Assembly: GCA_036172245.1 (NCBI GenBank)
Contig: JAYWIR010000028.1
Span: 806,001-870,000, forward strand
Source: Raillietiella orientalis
Lineage: Eukaryota
Length of the DNA stretch: 64,000 nucleotides
Direction of reading: 5' to 3'
A program made the translations under genes and the position numbers. The notes beneath the pieces were generated by a model. The model made no database searches, was not told the DNA's origin, and saw only the letters and a list, made by a program, of their open reading frames with translations. Shown here in pieces: positions 26,401 through 36,405 of the stretch. Each line of letters begins with the position of its first letter. Position 1 is the first letter of the stretch.

Positions 26401-29341
26401 TAACGTCTCGAGGAAGAGCACTTTCCATGCATAGATGCAGCAGCTAATTCACTGCTTTCTGCCTGCAAGGCCACAGCCAAAACTGTCCAAGAAACGTTTC
26501 ACCGTTCTTGGAAAATGATCGGGAAAACGCCATTGGTCATTGTAATTGTGTAATTGAGTAATGTATAATTCGCGGTCATTGAAATTGGAAATGCAAAAAT
26601 AGTGTCAACTTGTAGCGGAAGTATCAAGCCTTAAATCCTATCTGCATGTTGGCAGCAGGCGGGATCTAAGACTGTTTTTTGGAAAGTCCAATGATTCCTC
26701 TAAATAATGTAAAGTATAACGGTGCTTTTCGAGAGTTTTCCCTTTTAGACTTCCATTTAGCGAAATGTACGAACTGAATTTTTTTTTTTTTTTTTCTTCC
26801 TTTTCGGCCTTCGAAATGTAAGCACGCAGAATTGAAAATGCACGAATGGCAAAAACTGCTACGAAGTTTGTCATAAGGAAGAATTCTCACGTTCTGCACT
26901 TTACATTACCTCCCCCCCCATCCTCCTCCCCAGTAATGCAACCACCAGCCGAAGAATAAGTCTCCACACGTCTTCCAGAGATTTGTCAACCGAGTAGGCG
27001 TTCCAATGAAGGGTTAAACGTTTACATCCCGGTAGCATCGTAATGCAAACGAAAAAGAAGTGAAGCATACGAAAAATTCGTGCAGGAAGCTCTTCTGAAC
27101 CAAACAAACCGTGAAAGGGGTCTTCGATTTCAAAGTCACGGAGTCGGGGTGGGGGGTGGGGGGGAGGGTAATGTGGTGCTGTGGAAGGGTTGCCGCAGCA
27201 CGCGTCGTCGATAGGCAGGAAAAAGTCCGAGTCGTCCGAGCTCGCACTTCACCGAGGAGGAGTCGCGCATTGCCTTGGCGTTCATCCGAGTGGTCCATCG
27301 AAGATGGTCGTTGCATGCCAACTCTGCGCTTCCGTCGTTCTCCGGTTTTTACACCTCACGCTGGCGCCAGAAGGTGCGTCAGGCGCCGCGAGGAAGCCCT
27401 GCTCTGCCGCAGTGGTCGTGGACGTGAAAAGGGCCCACCACCACCGGGAGGGAGGGTGCTGGCGAGGGCCTGCGTTTCATTCTATGTGTCCTTTCCTTTC
27501 CTTTTTGAAGATCGGTTTTTGCTCGGTTTGTATCTTTGCATTTCCTGTACGTTGGATGCAAAATTCGTACACGTGTTCGAAAAGGCGTTTTGGAAGTTCC
27601 CCATTAATCCGTGTTGAGTTTCCAGAGTCCGTTTGGTGCAGGACACTATTTCGGCGTCTTCTCAGCGCGTAAATTCGTGTGTGTGTGTGTGTGTGTGTTT
27701 TTTCCTGACGTGATGGTTGCGAAGCTGGGAAAGGATCCAGTAGCTTTCATCTCCTCTTCTCCGGCGAATTGGCTTTTTTTTTGGGGGGGGGGGGGGGGGG
27801 AAGGGAAAAGAATGGTTATATTTTTGCGTTCCGTGAGTGATTTGCTTTACCAAAGTGTTTAGCAGTGGTTGTGATGATGAATCAGAAATGAATACTTTCG
27901 ATCTGATGACGCAAAATCCAAAGTCGGGAACGATAGGTGAAGAATATGAAAGGAATAATGGGGGTGGTTGTTACATCATTAGGGAATGGTGAAACGTCAG
28001 CACAGAATGATAGGAATGCCTGAAGAGACAAATACGTGTGATCGTTTTGCTACTTGAATTATCATTGGAACGTGAAAAGAGTTCCGCCTCGGGAAGACCG
28101 CTTACCACCAGGAGGGGGGGGGGGGGGAACGTGGCATAAGCACTGCGGCTCGGCCGCGCGATCCTTCCTGCAGAAAAGTGGGATTCCCGGGGAAGAAGTC
28201 GTATTATTCGCGTCCCAAGAAATGTCGAGAAATGCGAGCGTTCCCAAGGCGACCAGCAGGGAAGAGATTGCCGTGCTGACGAGATGTTCGAAAGACTTTG
28301 CATTTTCCGTACGCAAAGCGCCCCACGGCATCGCAGTTGACGGCGGTGAGCACTTTGTTCGGGTCGAGCGACCTTCGAGGTTTCCGTGCGCGCTCTGCGA
28401 CCTCGGAGGCGACCAGCAGAGAGAGACGGACAGTTCACGGAGGAAAAAACCCGCCGAAAGCATTCGTTGGATGTGGACGGGCGCGCGGAACCGCCAGGGG
28501 GAAGGGATGGGCGCGCGCCACCCCAGCGCGTGGATCCCCCCCCCCCCCCCCCGAGCTTCCCTTCCACCGGTCCGCTGCCGTGGCGCGCCCAGGGTCGTTC
28601 ATTCACGAGGGGAGCCCCGTGGTGAATGGGCCGGGTTTGCCCTCCCCCCCCCCCCCCCCCCTGCCTTTCTGTTGCGAGCTCCCGGTCTTCCTCTGCGCGC
28701 GGTCGCGTACTCACGCTCGGACAAGTCCGGGGGCGCATTGTTCCGATTGTTGGGGAGGGGGGGGGGTTGTTGTTGTTGTTGCTCGCATTGTTGCGGCGTG
28801 GAATTTCACGAGAGCGAACGACGCGGCATTCGTAGGATCGCGCGCCAGCTGGGCGTGGGTGCGGATGTCGCGCGTGAGTTGGTACTGCGCCCGTCTGCCG
28901 AGCATGCCCCGTGGCCCGAGGCAGCCGCCCGCTCGCGCCCCCCCCCGGAGGAGGCGGAGGGCGAAGCCCGAAAATTACTCGGCGTACATCTTCAAAGTGC
29001 TCAAGCAGGTGCACCCCGACACGAGCATCTCCAGCAAAGCCATGAACATCATGAACAGCTTCGTCAACGACATGCTGGAAAAGATATCGGTCGAGTCCGG
29101 CAACCTGGCGCAGAGCTCGAACCGGGTCACCATCACCGGCAGGGAGATACAGGCCGCCGTGAAGCTGCTGTTGCCGGGCGACCTGGCGAAGCACGCGGTG
29201 TCCGAAGGCACGAAGGCCGTGTCTCTGTTCGTCAACAGCAAGCCTGCGGACGCCAAGTGACCTTCGTGTGTTTTTTTTGGAAAATTCATTTCGGTACCGA
29301 GTGTGGAATTGCATTGCTCGTGTCTGAAAAGGAAGAAGAAG

Positions 29342-29373
<32 letters not shown>

Positions 29374-29646
29374 GATGCGTGACGAGTAAACGGAGGTTTC
29401 TTTTTTTTTTTTTTTTTTTTTTTTTTTCTTCCAGGTAGAAGCATTGCCCCTAAGAAAGCAAAGTTGGTGGAAGCGAACAAGCTGAAAAAAAGCTTGCAGA
29501 AGGCGATCAACCACAACATGGAGAGCGACGTCAAAGCCAGAGCTTCGCAAAGTGGGAAGTCCTTTTCTGTCATCGGATCTTCCAGTAGCGCGCCCAAACT
29601 CACTGCTCAGCAAGGAGGGAAGAAAGGTCGAAAGGGACGGAAATAA
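20440..29646 (+). CDS. C19orf53: Leydig cell tumor 10 kDa protein homolog (UPF0390 family), two exons, 98 aa
   Basis: Exon 1 20440-20524 ([10 protein letters not shown]...VKKG) plus exon 2 29435-29646 ([21 protein letters not shown]...) join through a phase-1 GT-AG intron of 8910 nt, total 297 nt. MAQG start and KGGRxIAPKK motif match the family. AATAAA at 29652. Confidence 0.88.
27678..27698. repeat. (GT)n microsatellite
   Basis: Uninterrupted GT run; a similar run lies at ~29981-30004. Confidence 0.9.
28904..29260 (+). CDS. Divergent histone H2B variant, intronless, 118 aa (alternative in-frame ATG at 28865)
   Basis: [29 protein letters not shown]...[31 protein letters not shown] is an unmistakable H2B fold. 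ORF intact. No canonical histone stem-loop downstream. Confidence 0.95.
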   Translation: MPRGPRQPPARAPPRRRRRAKPENYSAYIFKVLKQVHPDTSISSKAMNIMNSFVNDMLEKISVESGNLAQSSNRVTITGREIQAAVKLLLPGDLAKHAVSEGTKAVSLFVNSKPADAK

Positions 29647-29651
29647 TTTAA

Positions 29652-29657
29652 AATAAA
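29652..29657 (+). promoter_or_regulatory. Polyadenylation signal of the C19orf53-like gene
   Basis: AATAAA starting 6 nt after the stop codon. Confidence 0.6.
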
Positions 29658-31795
29658 ATTTGCTGTATATTTCTCCAAAAGCATTTTATTACAATACTCC
29701 TTTAAAAAAAAAAAACAAAAAAAAGGAAAAAAGGTTTTCTTTTTTTTTTTTCCTTCTTCTTCCCCCCCCAACCCCCTCCTCACAGTTTTAGGAATGTCTT
29801 TCTCCGAAATCCCTGTTCAAACAGAGTTGCACCCCAAAACTCTAAAACCTGACTGACAAGAGGTTTCCGCATTGCGAGACACGATCGCTATGTTTCCCCG
29901 GAAACGGAGGTTGCTTTCCTTCCAGGTCGCACCAAGTCAGTAGCCAAATCCAAGAACAGAACTTTCGAGACGCTTCTCTTTGTGTGTGTGTGTGTGTGTG
30001 TGTATTTTCCCAGGAAAAAAAGAAAGGAAAAGAGCACACAATGGGTGGCAGGTGAAGTTTCCACGAAATGTTCTCAAGAAGCTGTTCGTCGATGCGACCC
30101 TTGACACACACGAGCCGATCCAGCGGTTTGTTAATCGCTCCAGCTTCCTTCCGGTGGAGCGTTTCTTCCGTGGCTCCGCGGATTCTGCGACTCTCCTCGA
30201 AAAGGGTGCGGTCGTGCGAGAGTCGAGTTCGGAGGCGAACGGAACACGGAAGGGCTCGCCATTTCCCTCGGGAAGTCAGCAGGTCAGAGAGAGACGCGTT
30301 GCAATGTGCCGCCGCCCAAGTAGCATTCGCTTTGGCAGATCGGATCGAAAGATTTTCCTGCCCACCATGCGAACAACTCTCGACGGACGGTGGAGCACGT
30401 CTCTGCCAACCCATCCGGGCGAGGCCGCCCCGGTCAAGAAAGGCTCGTCGGGCAGTAAGAGTCCCCGAAAAGGTGCCGTCTGAACGGAAAAGTAGTGGTG
30501 CGGCCCCGTCGTGGGAAGAATGAAGCGAGAAGAAGAACGCTTGCGCCTTCTCTGCATGTGAGAAACCCGCTTCACCTTTCCTTCGTATCAGGGGCACGGG
30601 ATTTTAGGGCTCGGCATCTGTTCCCGAGATGGCGAAGAGTTCCGCCGCATCTCCAGGAAAGAGGTGGGAGCAGATGCTTGAAGGTGCGCTGTTTTCAGCT
30701 GTCCTCGTTCGGGGAGCGCAGGCGACCGAAGTGCAATGCATCTTCGCGTCTACGCGATGCGCAAATCGAAATTCGGGGTTGGGAACAGAGTGGGGACTCT
30801 CCAGGAAACAGACTAGGAGGGTGGCACACTAGGAGGCGTTTCAAGGAGCGCGCGGAAAACGAATAAGAGAAGGGAGCGAGATCGCAATCGACCGTAGTTT
30901 CACATTGCTCCCTCTTCGGTTAGCTACAAGACCGAACTTTCTTGCGTACCTGCAACTGATTCTGGTCCCTGGCACTGTTCCTTGGGCTGGAAAAATTCTT
31001 CTAGGCAACTGATCCGAGGGAAGACGAAGGACTTTGAAGTCGGTACCGTAGGGTAAGGCAACAAGGGGCCTCCTGTTGCAGGGTCCACTGCTGGGGCAGA
31101 ATTGGAAAGGATTTCCAAGGTGAGCATGGGAGGGCAGCCGGACCATGGTCTCGCCTGCAAGAGACATTTCTGAGCATCCCCCAGCTTCTGGATTCAGTTC
31201 CTCTGAAACCCGCAAAGCAGAAGCCGCGCGGTTTTCCCTGTTTCCCTCTTGGGAAGGCTTGACAAAGACTCCCCAAAACGAACACCTACTAGAAAAAGGA
31301 AAGTTGGGACAGCCTTGGTTTGTCGACTTGCTCATGCGGGGCATTTTTCCTTTGTGCGTTTGAATCGTCTGCACAACGTGGTCGTCCTCCAGCTCCGTAC
31401 TTACGCCGCCCTCTCCCGTATCACCGACATCGCAGTAGCCCGGTAGGAGCGTGGAGTGAAAGTGTTGGTTGGACAGTCCCGACGAAGGACGCGGGAAATC
31501 TCCAGCAAAATAAGGAACTAACGGGCGAAACCAGAGAGCCTACCTGGAGCCGGGAACCTTCACTTTATACGATGGCCAAGGGTATTGATGGCTTGCGTAT
31601 GTGATTACAGCAAAGAACCAATAGTCTGCTGCGAGTGGAACTAAAGGAACGTACAGACATCATAATGCATAGGATGCATAAGGGAATTCATTGAATTCAA
31701 CGGTACTTTCTCCCAGGGTGTATTCGAAATGAAGAACAACAACAGCAATGCAGTCATAGGCATTAGAAAACTGTTCCTCTGCCCCGGATCTCGAC

Positions 31796-32219
31796 TCCCT
31801 TCTTCCTGTGTACGGGATTCGAGAGTGCCGCCGTAGACCCGAGGAGTTACTGACTACCGCTAGGGAGCAAGACGATGATCATGGCATGGTCGAGACAAAG
31901 ACGACGAAAAGTGGATGGGTAACCCGGTCTCGGATCATAGCACGGCCGCCTGGTTCCTCCTGTTCCTTGGCCTCCGATTTAGTGCACGGGTTTTCCGCGC
32001 GACTCATTCTGTCTGATGCGCAGATCGAGCTCCTTCCTCCATCTTCAGCTGGGGGAAAGGGTTGAGCACGAACTGCAGCATCTCCGAGGACTCGCTGTAT
32101 CCTGACCGCTTCCCCTTCTTCCTTCCTTCGGCAGGCTTTTTCGCCTTGGTCTTCGCCAGCGTTCCCCATTTGTGTTCTGTTCCCGTGAGCACCGGGCAGC
32201 TCCTCCTTTGATGATTCTG
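31796..32219 (-). repeat. Left arm of a 424-bp inverted duplication
   Basis: Reverse complement of 34249-34672, with 3 mismatches found by eye. Confidence 0.97.
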
Positions 32220-34248
32220 AACTCCAAAAACGCGTTTCTTAAATTAGAGAGGAACAATCTCGTCGTTTCTCTCTTCCTTTATCAAAATGGGAATGCCGCA
32301 CAATTTGAATTTTCACAGCGCAGAGTCCTTCGTCGAGTGATTTTTAATGTTACGAGCTCCTAACTGCTGAAAACATCAGTGCTGCTGAAGGGAAAGGCAA
32401 GTCGAAGAAACCTTGCAAAGTTCTTGCACGACTGCAATGATAGAGTAAGGAGCAAACATTCGGAGAACGGCCCATGGATTTCATGGGTTCATTTTTTTTT
32501 TTTCTTCCGAACTTCTGAACCACCACCGAGAGGATCACCTCTAGTGCTGGCTGAGGAATGCAAGCATCCACGAAACACGAAGAGGAACAACAGCAATGAG
32601 CCACCTGAGTTTCCGCTCAAACGGAAGAAATCTTCAAAACGTTTTCAGCAAAGTACTGCATTTGGTTTTCAAGGGACTTTTTTGCTGAACAAAAAAATTC
32701 GTCGGAAGAACGGACACCTATCGGTCAAAGAGTGTCTGTGGTGGCCTCCACACGTTTTACGAAGCGGTGCCCATCCTCTCTCCGAGCAAACGGCTGCGAT
32801 TCAGTACTCGTTCGCCTCTACCCTTGCAGAAGAAACCTACCGCATGATGCAATGCTCAAGAGTGCAGGTCCAGAGGTAGCGCTAAAGCATACTGTTTTTA
32901 GCGCCACAACCACTTCGTGAGGTTACGTCTCGGTGCTTCAGTCCTCAGAGAAGATGGTTTCTACCGGACACTGGGGCCGACGTGTTCGAGGATGCATGGG
33001 AAGGAGAACAGTGATTTCTCTTCATGCCACCCAGCCTCCTTCGGTTGCAGCGAATACTTTAAACCCTTTTAAAGTCGGAAAAGGATGATCGGGATTGACT
33101 GGCCATGGCAACTTTCCCAACGGAAAGTTCCCGGAAAACGCGAAAATCGGCAATCCCGTAAACAGCTGCACTCGTTCCTTCCTTCTAAGTGTTCACGAAC
33201 AAACAAATATTTGCATTATATGCTGAGCCAGTTGGAAGAAACTTGGAGATCCCGTGCAATGCAGAACAAATGTGCGCTGTTCTTCATTTGCTTATTCGTG
33301 CTGGATCACCAAGGAGATTCATCACTTCATCGTTGCTGATCAGAATGCGAAGATATCAACTTCACGTGCAGGAGCTGCGACACAACTCCATCACGGAGAT
33401 GCAAGGAAAAATTCGTCCACAAAGGTCGTCAAGCAGCAAAGCAAAAAATGTGGAACATTTGTGGAAGTCAGCAGATCAACCCGTGGTTGTGTTGGGTCTC
33501 CCCCCTACTTGGGTCTACAGTGGATTCTCATAACGAGGGGGAAAACGAAATAAAACGCCATGCAGCACGACCGACGTGAACTCCCAGCAGGAAAAGAGCG
33601 CGAGCACGTGATCGGATGGCACGCGACACACTTGGATGTCGTCTGCATCTTCTCTGGGTTGCGTGCGTTCTGTGACGTGACCAGCGGAGGGCAATCCTCC
33701 TGCAAGCTAGTGCCGAGCGCCCGAGGGATCGGGATGCTGGAAGCGTGAAAGAAGTGAGCCGGGCGCACAAGTCAGCTGCTACAGCCGATGCTTCCCGTTT
33801 TCGTCTTCATGGCTTTCGTCTAGCGATTTTGGCGAGGAGCTCCGAGGTGAGTATCAGTTTTCCGGATTTGGATGCGTGCAGATCGGCGTGCCGGATTTCC
33901 ACGCTCGCTCAAAGTCAGCCGCCAGGCTGGAAAATTCGGTCCAAAGGATCGAAATGAATACTTGGGCAGAGATTTTTGCGTTCAGCTCAGAGCAGTGACT
34001 GCAAAAGAAGGAAAAAGGAAAAAAACGAGTGAAGATCGAGTGGTGGGAAAGCCGCATAGAGAGAAATTCCCGAACTTCGTTCCAGAAATGAAAAAAAAGT
34101 GTAAAAATCGCTTCAGCTCGCGTAGAGGGATTTCCCTGGCACGTAATATATTAAGCTTTTGGCGAAAGTACGCGGAAAGAGGAAGCAGGTTCTCTCTGTG
34201 AGAAACGCGTTTTTTTGTTGTTCAGGAAGGGAATGGAGAATCGGCCTC

Positions 34249-34672
34249 CAGAATCATCAAAGGAGGAGCTGCCCGGTGCTCACGGAAACAGAACACAAAT
34301 GGGGAACGCTGGCGAAGACCAAGGCGAAAAAGCCTGCCGAAGGAAGGAAGAAGGGGAAGCGGTCAGGATACAGCGAGTCCTCGGAGATGCTGCAGTTCGT
34401 GCTCAACCCTTTCCCCCAGCTGAAGATGGAGGAAGGAGCTCGATCTGCGCATCAGACAGAATGAGTCGCGCGGAAAACCCGTGCACTAAATCGGAGGCCA
34501 AGGAACAGGAGGAACCAGGCGGCCGTGCTATGATCCGAGACCGGGTTACCCACCCAATTTTCGTCGTCTTTGTCTCGACCATGCCATGATCATCGTCTTG
34601 CTCCCTAGCGGTAGTCAGTAACTCCTCGGGTCTACGGCGGCACTCTCGAATCCCGTACACAGGAAGAAGGGA
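34249..34672 (+). repeat. Right arm of a 424-bp inverted duplication
   Basis: Reverse complement of 31796-32219. The ORF track shows the same peptides on opposite strands. Confidence 0.97.
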
Positions 34673-36405
34673 AACCCAACGGCTGCTAGAGAAGGTCGCA
34701 GGTCACCCAGCAGCTTGATCGCGGATCAGCTCGAAAAGATGCCGCCGTGTCTGGTCTTCCTACGTTGCGGAGGAACTTGCGAAGAAGGAAGGATGCTCGG
34801 ATGTCTCCGATTCAGACGTTTCGAACATTTCTGAATTTAAGGTCACCGCTCTCGAAGCAAGGGCGATTCGACTTGGCCACCTGCGGATCCAGGAGCAGCA
34901 CGGATTTCTTTCTGGAGTCGTAGAGCGTTCCGAAAGTGCGGCAGTATCTTCGCAGGAGTCCTTTTCGAAGTCTGTGACGAAACCTTCTCGGGTTTCAGTT
35001 TGAGCGTCTTTACGAGACACGAGGAGGTGCAGGAACCGCAATTCCCTCAGGATGGAGTAGGCAGACTCGTGCAAGAGCGCCATCGTCCCGTCGCCTGCCT
35101 CTACCAGATCAAAAAAGAGGTATCAGAGATGCGAACTAGTCATCGCCTCTGGAGTCTTCTTCAGCAGTCACTCTGCTCTGCGGTCCCCCGGGGTCTCGTC
35201 GCATCGGTGCACCCTGCTCGAAGGTGCTTACTGCGGGTGGCGGTAGCAGTCCTCTCCACCAACTCGAACTCAAAGAGAGGAAGCAACCAACGTGAGCGAG
35301 ACACTTGGGGAGAGGCGTTTCCTGCCGTTCCCCTGCTTCGGATCATCCTTAGTGGATCCCCGGATCCTGGGGAAGACATCCCATTCGAAGACGGAGGATC
35401 TCAGATCTCGGCCGCGCCCGTACGGAGTCGCAATGTAGCGGCTGCAGCGCCACCCCGTTCCCGACAGAAAGATGGACTCATCTTTCTACGCCTACCCTAC
35501 CCCCTTCCACACTCCCCCTTTCGATGCGGGAGAGGGGCGGGGAGCAGGTGGGAAAGGTCAAGACCGCACGGGCGTTGCGCGTTCTCCAGGGAGTCGTCGT
35601 TCGAGCTACACTCCGAACTGCGAGTTCCTTTTTGCGGGTGCAGCGTGACGGAGAGATGCGGCTGCGCAGAAGGGGGTGAGGAATCAGGGACTCCCTCCTG
35701 CCTTCCCTCCCTTATCCCGTCCTCTCTCTCCTCCGTTACTCGATCCTTCTCTTTCATCCTCGTTTTCTCTTTCTCCCTTCCCTTCTTCCTCAAGCGAGAG
35801 AGATCCACTGCCTCGCCGACTCGGGAACACGCGTCGTCGTCCGCAAGCCGCTCCCGAACTTCCTCATCTCCTCGGACGAGAAAGGAGGGTAGAACGGGTC
35901 CAGCCGCGGCGTTGCGCGCGTCCATTCCCGGCGCATGCGCTCAGCAGCAGCAGCAGCCGCCGCTCGGTCGCTTCTCTCCCGCCCGCTACTGCTGGTTCAC
36001 CGTCACTCGCGTGGCACGCTCGCGTAGGCTGCTGATCCCAATGTCTCTTCCTCCTTAACCTCCCCCCTTCCTTTCCATTCATGGAAAACCTGGGTGAGTG
36101 GAGGGGAGTGAACACCTCCCCGGTGCCTGTTCGTGGCTGCAGTGCGCAGGATAAGGGAGGCGGGGAAGACGTGTCTACCGTCCGAGGCGCGTCGCCAGGT
36201 ACCACCGTCTCACTCCACCCGGAATTTCGGAGGCACCCGATGTCGCCTCCTCTCGCTGCCTTCCTCGGACTGGGGGTCCCCATTCTCAGAAGTTTCACCC
36301 GTTTCCTCAGCCCCCTGTCAAGCGCATCCTTTTCCAGGTGCGTCCCTACCTCCCGAGTGCACGCCCACCTGCCGCAGAGCGACCTCAGAACCCCAGAAAT
36401 CGCAT

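Noticed and set aside
27215..27320. Minus-strand RLLLGEV and NAKAM resembling H2B
   Set aside because: The two motifs overlap in different frames and in the wrong spacing; likely chance.
29261..29330. Histone 3' stem-loop after H2B
   Set aside because: Only a short tcggtaccga palindrome is present; it does not match the conserved 6-bp stem, 4-nt loop consensus.
27971..29382. Long 442-447 aa ORFs on both strands around H2B
   Set aside because: GC-rich, homopolymer-derived low-complexity translations in shadow frames of the H2B gene; no family motifs.
31796..34672. Autonomous DNA transposon with long TIRs
   Set aside because: No target-site duplication and no transposase motifs in the spacer.
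35000..36400. 352-aa ORF and the upstream part of the 298-aa ORF before DNase I
   Set aside because: Stop-poor GC-rich sequence with Arg/Ser/Pro-biased translation; the DNase I model explains the real coding parts.
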